Of a stretch of DNA of 64,000 bases, positions 20,371-30,243 are shown one piece after another. Position numbers and translations under genes: made by a program. Positions within the stretch are counted from its first letter, which is position 1; each line of letters opens with the position of its first letter. This stretch comes from Candidatus Omnitrophota bacterium. GTDB lineage: Bacteria; Omnitrophota; Gorgyraeia; Pluralincolimonadales; Pluralincolimonadaceae. The stretch spans positions 107,804 through 171,803 of the forward strand of contig PLNR01000011.1 of the NCBI GenBank assembly GCA_003141835.1, in the 5' to 3' direction. Below the pieces are notes generated by a model that had not been told where the DNA came from, did no database searches, and saw only the letters and a program-made list of their open reading frames with translations.

Positions 20371-21634
20371 ATGACTTCGGAGATTCCCCTATGCTTTCAT
20401 AAAGCGCTAAATACCTGCTTATCATCCTATCCAATGTGAAGAGCTTGTCAAAACGCTCGCGGGACGCCTTCCCCATCTTGATGCGCAGATTATCGTCGGA
20501 TATCAGGCTCACCATGGCGGTCTTGATAGCCTCGGCGTCTTTAGGCGGAACCACGATCCCGGTGATCCCGTTTTCAATCTCTTCCGGTATGCCTGCGACG
20601 TCCGTTCCTATTACGGGAACGCCTAACGACATGGCCTCAAGGATCACGAACGGCAGGTCCTCATAGCCGATGGACGGCAGGAGCAGAAAAAGGCTTTTTG
20701 CGATATAATCGATACAATCATCCCGTTGGCCCATAAAAATTATATTTTTATCAAGTCCTTCCCGCGACACGAGCTCCTTTATCTCTCCTGACATGGGCCC
20801 CTCTCCCATCAGGATGAGCTTAACGCCGGATAATCCTTTATTCTCCTGCAGCATTTCTTTAAAAGCCTCGATCGCGTACTTATGCCCTTTTCTCTCCTCA
20901 AACCTTGCGGCTATCGATACAATCCTGTCGTTTTGGACTTTCATATTACCGGCGGCAAGATTCGAATCGGGATTGCGAAGAGCGCCTTCTATCCCGTGAG
21001 GCAGGGTAATGATCTTCTTAGGGTTAAATCCCCTATTTACGGCCAGGGCCCTCCCAGCCGCCGCGGAGGCCGTGGTGATGGCATCGACGCTCCTGCGGAC
21101 AAGGCTATCTATTACGCGGTCGATATATCCCGTATCCTTAAAAGCGATATTATTCACGCTCATTATAACATTTCTTGCGCCCGCATTTTTTGCGGCGACC
21201 GCAGCGGCACGGCAGCTTAAGGATGCCGGGTAACCCCCGTTATTTATATGGACAATTTCGGGTTTATTCCTCAAGAAGATGAAATACAATATAATATAAT
21301 CATAGATGAATATAAAGGGCGAGAGTAAAATGAATATTTCGGTTATCAGTTTCTTGAGGATTTTTAAAGCATATCTATTCTTTACCATTTCCCATAAGTA
21401 GATATTGACTGTATTTATATCGAATAAATTTATGCCCAATAATTTATCCGCCGGGAAATCGGGGTGGTTTATGCGCATACCTTTCGTATATTCTTTTGTC
21501 ATCCGGTAGACCAGCAGGTAATCGTACCTGGATACGAATGCCTGCGAGGCCATGACCTCAAACATGGACTTTTCGCATCCGCCGTATACAAGACAGTCCG
21601 TATAATATACCACACGCCGATTATTTGTTTTCAT
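20363..21634 (-). CDS. Glycosyltransferase family 4
   Basis: GGCE, ARFEERKGH, PSIGYEDLPFVILEAM. Confidence 0.9.
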   Translation of the reverse strand: MKTNNRRVVYYTDCLVYGGCEKSMFEVMASQAFVSRYDYLLVYRMTKEYTKGMRINHPDFPADKLLGINLFDINTVNIYLWEMVKNRYALKILKKLITEIFILLSPFIFIYDYIILYFIFLRNKPEIVHINNGGYPASLSCRAAAVAAKNAGARNVIMSVNNIAFKDTGYIDRVIDSLVRRSVDAITTASAAAGRALAVNRGFNPKKIITLPHGIEGALRNPDSNLAAGNMKVQNDRIVSIAARFEERKGHKYAIEAFKEMLQENKGLSGVKLILMGEGPMSGEIKELVSREGLDKNIIFMGQRDDCIDYIAKSLFLLLPSIGYEDLPFVILEAMSLGVPVIGTDVAGIPEEIENGITGIVVPPKDAEAIKTAMVSLISDDNLRIKMGKASRERFDKLFTLDRMISRYLALYESIGESPKSYA

Positions 21635-22440
21635 GGCTTAAAAATAAGGCCCTGGCCCGTAGGCAGGGACAGCACTTCCACTCCCTTCTCTTTCGCGAAT
21701 TTATCGAATGCCTTTTTCTGCAAAAAGTACGGTTGCCAGCCGTAGTCATCAAGCACTATCACCGCTCCGCTGACAAGCTTATCCCAAAAGAATTCGGCGG
21801 CCGCTATTTCCGGCGTCACGCAATTCATGTCTATCGACAGGAAGGAGACCTTTACCGTATCCGCCTGCGGCAACGTCTCCGGGATCGGGCCCCTGATTAT
21901 CTTGACGTTCGGGAAGTCCTTGAAAGTCTTTTTCACTCCCTCATAGCATTCCTCGTAACGGGATCCGGGCAGCCTGCCGAGCTTCTTCTCCTCTTCTATG
22001 GTATATTTTTCCGAAAAACCGCAGAAAGTGTCCAATAAATAAAATTTTTTGTTTAAACGGTTAAAATCCACGTAATGCACCACCGCCCGGGAGAACCAGC
22101 CCCTGTAGACGCCGCATTCCACGAAATCGCCTTCCAGGTGTTTTGCGTGAGAGGCGGCCCAGCAAAGCACGTGGATTCTCCAGTGCATCTTTCCTTCGTT
22201 TGCGGAAAATTTTATCCCCCGGTATGTAGCCTCGCCGAGCTTATACGCCTCGATGAATAATTTGTCTTTCATGAAATCACCATTATGCTGGGTCGCCAAG
22301 CCGTCTTGGTTATAGGTGAGCGGGCCCTGGACTAACCTGAGATTAAAGATCCTCCTTATGTATTCGATCATATTCCTGACCGGCTTGACTTCAAGCAGCT
22401 GCCTGATCACCGGTGCTTGTTTAATAAATTTCTTTATCAT
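21631..22440 (-). CDS. TylF/MycF/NovP-family sugar O-methyltransferase
   Basis: EGDFVECGVYRG, LDTFCG, SIDMN, VLDDYG. Confidence 0.9.
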   Translation of the reverse strand: MIKKFIKQAPVIRQLLEVKPVRNMIEYIRRIFNLRLVQGPLTYNQDGLATQHNGDFMKDKLFIEAYKLGEATYRGIKFSANEGKMHWRIHVLCWAASHAKHLEGDFVECGVYRGWFSRAVVHYVDFNRLNKKFYLLDTFCGFSEKYTIEEEKKLGRLPGSRYEECYEGVKKTFKDFPNVKIIRGPIPETLPQADTVKVSFLSIDMNCVTPEIAAAEFFWDKLVSGAVIVLDDYGWQPYFLQKKAFDKFAKEKGVEVLSLPTGQGLIFKP

Positions 22441-23246
22441 TTATCTCCTCCCAGCCTTACATCAGCCGTTTCCGGCCGTTCTTTCTTTAAAACCGCCAAA
22501 TAATCCGAATATCTGCATAATTTAGAAGCCGCCCCCGTAAAAATCCTGTAGAAAAAATATAATGGTCCGAAAAGATTCCCTACTATGCTCCTTTTAATTT
22601 TAAAAACTGTGGTATTATTTTCCCATTTGTTAGCTATGGTGTCATAGTAATGCCGGCTTGTTTCGCATATGTGCCTTCTGAGCAGCCAGGTATTCTTGAT
22701 ATAGGCCAGCTCTTCTATCCTGAACCCAAGCCTTCCGCTCAATTGCGACAGGCATTGCGGGTCTATCCAGCATGTATGCTCCGGGTTGACGATGAAATTC
22801 TTATTGAAAGAGACATAATGGAACTCGCCGCAAAAAAACGGGTTAGGCGTCGTTACGATGAGGATGCCTTCCGGTTTAAGCAGCCTCTCGCAATTGGAAA
22901 AGAAACCCTCAAAATTCACAAGATGTTCCAGGAGGTCGCCGGCGACGATCACGTCGAATTCTTCCGCTATATCAAGAGGTTTCGTCACATCCCCGAAGAC
23001 CAGGTCGTAACCGTGGGAATTTAGCTTCGCTATCTCGCCGGGCAGGTAATCGAGCCCCACCACCTTCTTCGCGACCGCCTTTATCCTTTTGTGGAGCCAA
23101 TTCTCGTCCTTAAGCGCGAATTCCGCAGTATGCCTTATGCAGCCCAGGTCGAGCACGACCTTTCCCCTGCACCTGTCGCAGATAAAGGACTCCCTATTGA
23201 CCGGCTTAGACTTTTTTATCATATCCGCAAGCTCGAACTTATTCAT
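22437..23246 (-). CDS. Class I SAM-dependent methyltransferase
   Basis: VLDLGC, FDVIVAGDLLEHL, TTPNP. Confidence 0.88.
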   Translation of the reverse strand: MNKFELADMIKKSKPVNRESFICDRCRGKVVLDLGCIRHTAEFALKDENWLHKRIKAVAKKVVGLDYLPGEIAKLNSHGYDLVFGDVTKPLDIAEEFDVIVAGDLLEHLVNFEGFFSNCERLLKPEGILIVTTPNPFFCGEFHYVSFNKNFIVNPEHTCWIDPQCLSQLSGRLGFRIEELAYIKNTWLLRRHICETSRHYYDTIANKWENNTTVFKIKRSIVGNLFGPLYFFYRIFTGAASKLCRYSDYLAVLKKERPETADVRLGGDK

Positions 23247-23261
23247 GGCCCCTCCTCGGCT

Positions 23262-24746
23262 TCATAACGCGCCTGAACGCAAAATTTTTAACCAAAAATC
23301 CGCGTAGATTATCGGTGTTATGACGAGTTCTTTGAGCAAAAAATCCAGGTAGGCGAGTTTTCTTTTGGACCTGAGCACTGCCATCCAATACTGTCGATCG
23401 GCTTTAAACATATTCATTTCGATAGGCGCATATATGCCATATTTAATCCACCAGCTATTGAGCAAAGTATTGAAATTGATATTGTGCTTCGACATCCTGT
23501 ACTCTTCCGGAGGATTAAGGCGGTCCAGCCTCCAATACTGCTCCTTGGGGATAGGAGCTTTTAAGTATTTATCATAAAAAGCGGTGCCGGGATAAGGCTG
23601 TGTAACTCCCACGGAAATATAGGTCGGCTTTATTCGCGCCAACAGCTTATAGGACATCTCCAGGTCATCTTCCGTTTCTCCGGGCAGATTAAGCAGCATA
23701 TTAGCAAAAGTCCTTATGTTGTATTTCCTGCATAAGGAAAAGGCGTTGACTATTTCGGGTATGCTTATCTTTTTGTTGATCGTTTCCAGTAATTTCGGTG
23801 AACCCGTCTCGACGCCGAAATCGAGCTGTATGCATCCCGCTTCTTTCATCATCCTTACGATCTTTTCGTTCTTTAGGCAGTTTACCCTTGTATCGGCGGC
23901 CCAGAGCATCCTTAACCCGCTTTTGCGGTAAGCATCGCAAAACTCTATTATGTCCGCCTCGGTCATCCCGAAAGTATCATCAAGGATATAAAAAAAATCG
24001 AAATGGTATTTATCCTGCAATATGCGCAATTCTTCCATTACGCGGGCCATCGGCCGCTTCCTGGCCAGGGGCGGGCCGCCAGGGACTTTATCCATGGCTT
24101 TCCATACCGCGTTCGAAGCGCAAAAACCGCAATTATAAGGGCATCCCCGCGATGTTTGTATTACGGCGGTAGACACTATCAACCGCCTTATGATAAGTTT
24201 TGTCGGTTTCGCGTTCCATTCCATATCTATCATGTGATAGGCAGGCATTCCGCATTCACTGAGATCCATGAACTCCCTGTTGCCGTTTATTTTAACTGCG
24301 CCGTTATCCAGGTACGCTATGCCCTTTATGCGGCTATTATCCTTATTCTCGTCATATTCTTTAAGGACCTGCTCCAGGGTAAGCTCCCCCTCCCCGCGGA
24401 CGACCAGGTCGAAAGGGCTGCCATCATATAAAAAATCCTGCGGAGAGACCGAAGGGTGCGCGTTCCCTACGATAATTTTTGAACCGGTCTCCTCTTTTAT
24501 CTTTTTCGCCAGCTCGACTATCGCGTTGTAGTCGGTCACAAATGCTGCCAGCCCAACATAGCGCGGCTTCTTTTCCTTTATTTCGCGCATTATGATGTTT
24601 ACATTCGCCTCGATACTTTTCTCATGCGGGTCGGCTATCCCGACCTTGAAACCCTTCTTTTCCAGGTATCCGGCCAGGTAGAGGTAATAGAACGGCATAT
24701 ACCTGCTTCTTGCGTTTGAGGGCGAAACTACGAATAGTATATCCAT
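23262..24746 (-). CDS. Cobalamin-dependent radical SAM enzyme
   Basis: YLAGYL, GNAHPS, RGEGE; TSRGCPYNCGFC; DDTF; GVETGS. Confidence 0.92.
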   Translation of the reverse strand: MDILFVVSPSNARSRYMPFYYLYLAGYLEKKGFKVGIADPHEKSIEANVNIIMREIKEKKPRYVGLAAFVTDYNAIVELAKKIKEETGSKIIVGNAHPSVSPQDFLYDGSPFDLVVRGEGELTLEQVLKEYDENKDNSRIKGIAYLDNGAVKINGNREFMDLSECGMPAYHMIDMEWNAKPTKLIIRRLIVSTAVIQTSRGCPYNCGFCASNAVWKAMDKVPGGPPLARKRPMARVMEELRILQDKYHFDFFYILDDTFGMTEADIIEFCDAYRKSGLRMLWAADTRVNCLKNEKIVRMMKEAGCIQLDFGVETGSPKLLETINKKISIPEIVNAFSLCRKYNIRTFANMLLNLPGETEDDLEMSYKLLARIKPTYISVGVTQPYPGTAFYDKYLKAPIPKEQYWRLDRLNPPEEYRMSKHNINFNTLLNSWWIKYGIYAPIEMNMFKADRQYWMAVLRSKRKLAYLDFLLKELVITPIIYADFWLKILRSGAL

Positions 24747-24749
24747 GCC

Positions 24750-26285
24750 TCAGGCCTTGGCCAATTTGGCGAACAGGCCGTTGACATAGTCCCTGAAATA
24801 ACCGGAAAAAACATAATACAAGCATAAGGCGCCGAATGACGCCAGCCCTCCGGCGCATATCACGATCAACAGGTCCATCTTATTTTTATCGGCCGGCATG
24901 AACCTGCCTGCATAAGCCAGTACGCCCACTAAAAATAATGTGGGGATCACGGCAGGGCTGATGACCTTTTTAATGAGATCTACGGTTTTATATTTTAAAA
25001 AATCATTCATCAGGATAAAATACAGAACAGCGGAAACCGTGAACGCGATGAACTTAAACACTGCAAAAGCAAGTATGCCCATTGAAGAATAGGTCGCTAA
25101 TATCCCGCCCCAATAAATAATGACCGCGATAACGGCGATCGCGCCCATAGCTTTGACCCTTACCTGCGTCGTGACCAGGATGCCGGCTGGCTGGACGAAA
25201 AAATTATACACCCAGCTCATAACCAGGAATTGCGCTACCAGTATCGACGGTACATAATTAGCGCCTACCCAGCAAAGGATCACCGGCCTCATCAGAACCA
25301 CTATGCTGACTACGGGGAATACCACTAAAGGAAGAGTCAGGACGATAACGCTGTAGATGATCCTCCGCAGGCTTGCCATGTCATTTTGCCCCATAAAATG
25401 GTTAAAACGGGCCAGGAAGGGGCCGTAAATAACCCCGAGTATACCCCTGAAAAATCCCATGACGGTCAGCCCCACCGCATAGAGCGCGGCCATCTCCGCT
25501 CCGGATAATTTACCGATCGCAAACAGGTCCAATTCATAATAAAGTATGCAGACCAACGTAGTGAAAAAAGTGCCGAACGCGAGCCTTTTAGTCCGGTTAT
25601 AGATCTCTCCTGAAAACCTGAAAGACCTCGCCAGAAGGCCGAAATCGTAATGGTATTTGGCCTTTATGATGCCCAGGAAAATGATATTGGCTATTAATCC
25701 CGTGGACTGGTAAAACAGGAAATATCCCACGATATCATATTTGCTGCCGTTAAAAAAATAGAACACCGAACACACCCTCGCCAGGTTGACCAGGATGGAA
25801 AGCCTCTGGTAGATATAATCTTCCAGCCTTATGCCGAAGACTATCTGGCATAACTTTTGCAGGATGACGGTCGGCGAAAAGAGCGAAAGAATCAGTAATA
25901 ACCTTGAAGCGACGGCTATCTCCTTTGCGTCATTGAGATTTTTTATCAACAGATGGGGATCGAATGCGAAGACCAGGATGACCATCGAGAACAAGAGGAC
26001 GAAAATAAACAGGACAAAACTCACAAAACCGAGTATCCTTATCTCTTCCTTCAGGTCGTTAATGGCGAATTGCTCGCTTACGTATTTAAACGCGGCGCCC
26101 AAAAACCCGATATCCGCGTATGTCAGGAAAAAGGTGACTGAGACGCATATAGAATAGATGCCGTAGATCGCCGGGGCGCTGGTAAGTTTCGGTATCACTA
26201 TGAAAAGCGAAAGGAACCCGAGCAGGATCGAAATGCCTTGCCAGAGGTATATCTTTACATAATTTTTCGTATACGATTCTTGCAT
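24750..26285 (-). CDS. wzx: Wzx/MOP-superfamily oligosaccharide flippase
   Basis: About 12-14 TM segments, YGIYS and DIGF early motifs, LD-F-IGK. Confidence 0.8.
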   Translation of the reverse strand: MQESYTKNYVKIYLWQGISILLGFLSLFIVIPKLTSAPAIYGIYSICVSVTFFLTYADIGFLGAAFKYVSEQFAINDLKEEIRILGFVSFVLFIFVLLFSMVILVFAFDPHLLIKNLNDAKEIAVASRLLLILSLFSPTVILQKLCQIVFGIRLEDYIYQRLSILVNLARVCSVFYFFNGSKYDIVGYFLFYQSTGLIANIIFLGIIKAKYHYDFGLLARSFRFSGEIYNRTKRLAFGTFFTTLVCILYYELDLFAIGKLSGAEMAALYAVGLTVMGFFRGILGVIYGPFLARFNHFMGQNDMASLRRIIYSVIVLTLPLVVFPVVSIVVLMRPVILCWVGANYVPSILVAQFLVMSWVYNFFVQPAGILVTTQVRVKAMGAIAVIAVIIYWGGILATYSSMGILAFAVFKFIAFTVSAVLYFILMNDFLKYKTVDLIKKVISPAVIPTLFLVGVLAYAGRFMPADKNKMDLLIVICAGGLASFGALCLYYVFSGYFRDYVNGLFAKLAKA

Positions 26286-26289
26286 ATAT

Positions 26290-28071
26290 TTATCTATTAA
26301 CCAGGTTATCGATCAGGCCCAGTATCTTCCCTTCCGTTCCTTCTTTATACATATAATGCTTATAAAAGGTATCGTCCCGTTTTTTCTCCAATTCGCCCTT
26401 CATGAAAAGATCGATCTTTGCGATGGCCTCAGCGGTATCTTCGCAATAATGGACGCGCCTTTTCAGTTCTTCGAGAGCCTTCGCCTCATACGGATTCAGC
26501 GGGTCGTCCATTAGGAATATCTCGGCATCAAGAGGTAAAACATCAAATAACGGCTGCGACGGGACCTCTATTAAAACGGCCTTGGGCGAGTATTCCAGGA
26601 GAAAATCGGTCAGGGATACGTTATCGACGACCTTTAAATTATTGAGCCTCTCAAAGACCGACCAGGCGGAGCAGTTCAGGTAACCGGAATCTATAAACGG
26701 TTTTATATAGATATCCCGCGATTTTAACGAATTGAGGTGTTCCAGAAGGGTTATCTGCCTTTCAACCACCATATCCGGGGAGATCCTGTCCATCCCGGAC
26801 TCAAACATGGAGATGCTCACCGTTATCGGGAACAGGAAGTCTATCTTCCTGGAAGCCTTTTCGTATTTTACTATTTTTGTTTTTCCTAACGGCAGGATCT
26901 CCGCTTTTATCTTTATCGAGGGATATACCCTCTCCAGGTCTTCCCTGGTAAATCCCCAGCTGATAAAATGATCGCACCTGTTAAAATCTGTTTCCACGTT
27001 CCACGGAGAAAGCGCTTCGCCGTAAAGGCAGCCGTGCTGCGAACCCACGACCTTTATGCCTTTTGACGATAAATATTCGAAGATCATGGCCCTTGACCTC
27101 CATGACGGAGAGACCCCCCATATCCCCAGGGAAACAGGATGTTTCATGTTGATCATCTCGATCGAACGAACGGCATTCAAATACCGGTTCCCGTTAGCCG
27201 CGAAGTCCTCCTCAATATTTTCCAAAAGGAGTTTCACGAACGGGTCGGTGTCGTCCTTGATAAAACCCTTGCTCCTGAGGTCCAAATTTACGTCATAAGT
27301 TAAGCGTTGCGTTCCGAATCCCAGAAATCCTTCTTCCCTGAAGTCATAATATAAAATATTATACTTATTTAAGCTGTTAACCAGGAATTCCAACTCATAT
27401 AAAGGCTCGCTTATCAATACGGTCTTCCTGTCATCGCGGAATCTCTTGAATCCATATTTATGGACGGCAACGGCTATTCCCTTTAATATAAACCTGAAAT
27501 TGCGGCCTTTCAGCCTCCTGAGCGCGTTCATTATCCTTTTCATCCCGCGCCCTGGTCCCGGGATATCCTTATCCGCCGGGATCTCTATGATATCGGTCCG
27601 GATGCCCGCAAAAAACAAAGGTACCAGGTCGCTTACGGAGGTACTTACATTTAAGAATTTATTAAACCTGTAATCATAAAACAATATCTTTTCCGGCTTA
27701 TGGACATCCGCCGCCCTTTTGACGCAATCCACGAACGTGGCGTATCCCAGCAGCTGCAGTCCGCAATAGAAAAAATATAACGGGGTAAAATAATCCAATT
27801 TGAGGTTAAACTTCTTATTCAATGACGGCGAAAGGCCGGAATCTAAATTTTTTAACAGGCCGCCTACCGTTTTTGCGCACTTCTCCCTCATGCTGATCAA
27901 TTCTTCGGTAGGCAGGAATCCGCTCAAACATTTACAATCCAGGCCGTGCTTTTCTTTAAGGTAAACATCTACGCTGGAATGCGTGGAAAAAAGCACATTG
28001 CCTTCGAAAAACTTATTTTCAACGCAGTGCCTCGCGTCGGATACGCTATGGAGAATGACGGCCGTTCTCAT
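26290..28071 (-). CDS. Uncharacterised soluble protein, probable GT-B glycosyltransferase (candidate nonulosonate transferase)
   Basis: GSQHGCLYG, FISWG, YIKPF motifs; sits between the Sps-like genes and wzx. Confidence 0.55.
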   Translation of the reverse strand: MRTAVILHSVSDARHCVENKFFEGNVLFSTHSSVDVYLKEKHGLDCKCLSGFLPTEELISMREKCAKTVGGLLKNLDSGLSPSLNKKFNLKLDYFTPLYFFYCGLQLLGYATFVDCVKRAADVHKPEKILFYDYRFNKFLNVSTSVSDLVPLFFAGIRTDIIEIPADKDIPGPGRGMKRIMNALRRLKGRNFRFILKGIAVAVHKYGFKRFRDDRKTVLISEPLYELEFLVNSLNKYNILYYDFREEGFLGFGTQRLTYDVNLDLRSKGFIKDDTDPFVKLLLENIEEDFAANGNRYLNAVRSIEMINMKHPVSLGIWGVSPSWRSRAMIFEYLSSKGIKVVGSQHGCLYGEALSPWNVETDFNRCDHFISWGFTREDLERVYPSIKIKAEILPLGKTKIVKYEKASRKIDFLFPITVSISMFESGMDRISPDMVVERQITLLEHLNSLKSRDIYIKPFIDSGYLNCSAWSVFERLNNLKVVDNVSLTDFLLEYSPKAVLIEVPSQPLFDVLPLDAEIFLMDDPLNPYEAKALEELKRRVHYCEDTAEAIAKIDLFMKGELEKKRDDTFYKHYMYKEGTEGKILGLIDNLVNR

Positions 28072-29474
28072 GATGACTTAGCCGGAGAAGACCCGCGTGA
28101 TAAACCATCTTTGGGTTTTTGATATGTGACGGTCTTGAAAACGGAATCCAGCTTCAATCCCAAATGCACCGCTAATCTTCTCAGTTTCTCTTCAACGATC
28201 GAGACAAATTCATTATCCGGCATCCCGGTAAGGTTGACATGGAAATCCTGCCTGTCCCCTATCCTCTCCAGGTACCCGATCTCATCGGTTATGCGGCCGT
28301 TTTTCCTCGCCCAATCATATATCGGGGTGCCCGGCAAAGGCAGCAGAAAACCGACGCTTGGATACATCCGGCATTCCTCGCAAACCTCGATGGTGCGCTG
28401 GATAGTTTCAGGCGTTTCCTGCGGATAGCCGAAAATTACGCTTGTCAGGGGGGTGACGCCTCCATCCCACAGCGCCCTCGACTGCTCTATGATCTGCGGG
28501 ACCGAGATCTTTTTATTCATCGCGGACAGAATCCCGGGGTCGGCGTTCTCCAAAGAAAAAGCGATGTTCTCGCAACCGGCCTCTCTCATTCTCTTTATCA
28601 GGTCCAGGTCTTTCTTCTTGAAGAGATCTCCTCTCGAGGTGGCTTCCCATTTTATCTTAAAATCCAGGCTTTCTATTATCCCGACCATCTGCTCTACGCC
28701 TTTTATGTTAGGGAAGGTCAACTCGTCCCAAAAAGAAACGTAATTGCAATTGTACTTGCCGTGGAGCCTGTTAAGCTCCCCGGTGAAAGCCCCTTCGGAA
28801 TACCTCCTGTATTTCTCCCCTTTAAAAACATGGTAACAAAAAGTGCAGTTGAACGGGCATCCCCTCGCGTAATTCAACGGATACGACAGGGCTTTCTCCG
28901 AGGAAAAATTATTTACGTTTATATACCCGTATTCGTCATATTTGGCCAGTTCGAACAGGTCCCAATCGGGAAATCCGAAAACATCCAATGACGGCGCGAC
29001 AGGCCGTTTTTGCGTATAGACTATCCTGTCTCCATCCTTAAATACGATGCCTTCTACATCCGACAACGGGCTCTTCGCTTCTATCGCCTTCATGAGCTCT
29101 ACGACCGTTATGTCGCTTTCGCCCATGACAGCTATGTCAACCTTTGTATTTTTTAAGAGAAGTTCGGGGATAGATGTAGCGACGGAATTTCCCGCCATTA
29201 TAACGGCCTTGGGGTTAGTCTTTTTCACGATATCGGCAATCTGCCTAACCAGCTTGAACCCGGTCACTATGCATCCGAGGCCGTAAACATCGTAAGGCCT
29301 GCCGGCCAGGATCTTTTCCAAGTCGGAAATAGTGAGGTTGTTAATATCCATGTCTATAAGGTCGAATTCAAAGCCTGCTTTTTTTATTGCGGTCATTATA
29401 TAACCGAGGCCGACAGGAAGCTGCCTTCTTTTTGAACCTGGCCTTAGGGATGGATTAATAAAAACGATCTTCAT
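28068..29474 (-). CDS. Cobalamin-dependent radical SAM enzyme
   Basis: LPVGLGYI, AGNSVATS, ARGCPFNCTFC, WDE, PLPGT. Confidence 0.92.
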   Translation of the reverse strand: MKIVFINPSLRPGSKRRQLPVGLGYIMTAIKKAGFEFDLIDMDINNLTISDLEKILAGRPYDVYGLGCIVTGFKLVRQIADIVKKTNPKAVIMAGNSVATSIPELLLKNTKVDIAVMGESDITVVELMKAIEAKSPLSDVEGIVFKDGDRIVYTQKRPVAPSLDVFGFPDWDLFELAKYDEYGYINVNNFSSEKALSYPLNYARGCPFNCTFCYHVFKGEKYRRYSEGAFTGELNRLHGKYNCNYVSFWDELTFPNIKGVEQMVGIIESLDFKIKWEATSRGDLFKKKDLDLIKRMREAGCENIAFSLENADPGILSAMNKKISVPQIIEQSRALWDGGVTPLTSVIFGYPQETPETIQRTIEVCEECRMYPSVGFLLPLPGTPIYDWARKNGRITDEIGYLERIGDRQDFHVNLTGMPDNEFVSIVEEKLRRLAVHLGLKLDSVFKTVTYQKPKDGLSRGSSPAKSS

Positions 29475-29481
29475 TCCCGCA

Positions 29482-30243
29482 TCAACTCCACCTGTGAAAA
29501 ATTATCATTGTCTCTTTTACTTCGTTGAAGCCGTTCTTAATATAGGTGTTTTGGGCGGAGACGTTCTTTGCCTGTGTCCCTACCGTGAGTTCCGTTGCCT
29601 GCAATTTTTTTGCGGCGTAGCGGAGCAAGGCCGAGCCGATCCCTTTTCCCTGAAATCTCTTTAAGACGGCTACGAAGAAAAGCCTGGAGCGCTTTCCGTC
29701 CCGGCTGACGTTGGCCAAGACCGCACCGGCTGTTTCATTGCGGAACTTGGCTATGAAGATGCGCCCGGCCTTCGAAGGCCTGAAGCATTTTATGTAATTT
29801 ATCCAGAGCAGGTCCGCTTTTTCTTTGGGGATACGGGTATCCGAATGGAACCTAGAATACCTGAAAACGCCCCCAAGCTCCTCACAGGGAAGGCCTTCGT
29901 TCTTTTTCAATTCAAGCACCTTTACGCCGGGCGCCAAGGACGGATCTTTTGCCTTCCCGCCGGCATATTTGAACGTGATCTCGGTATCTATGTAGGCGAA
30001 GCCCATAGTCTGTAAAAATGCTATCGATCCATTATCCGAATCTGCGGGGATCTTGACCGTCACGAAACTATTTTTGAGCTTACCGGCTGCCATGGCCCTT
30101 ATTTTAGCCGAAGGCACAAGTATGGAATTATCCGCGTCCAGGAGATAACAATCCCTCCCGAAGAAAACGGTATCCCATTCCAGGAACTTGAAATGATATA
30201 CGGCGCCGCCGGCTTTTAGCGTGATATCTTTAGAGGATGCCAT
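29482..30243 (-). CDS. GNAT sugar N-acetyltransferase (WecD/SpsD-like)
   Basis: LEWDTVFFG, SRFHSD, FQGKGIG, VGTQAKN...YIKNGF. Confidence 0.85.
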   Translation of the reverse strand: MASSKDITLKAGGAVYHFKFLEWDTVFFGRDCYLLDADNSILVPSAKIRAMAAGKLKNSFVTVKIPADSDNGSIAFLQTMGFAYIDTEITFKYAGGKAKDPSLAPGVKVLELKKNEGLPCEELGGVFRYSRFHSDTRIPKEKADLLWINYIKCFRPSKAGRIFIAKFRNETAGAVLANVSRDGKRSRLFFVAVLKRFQGKGIGSALLRYAAKKLQATELTVGTQAKNVSAQNTYIKNGFNEVKETMIIFHRWS

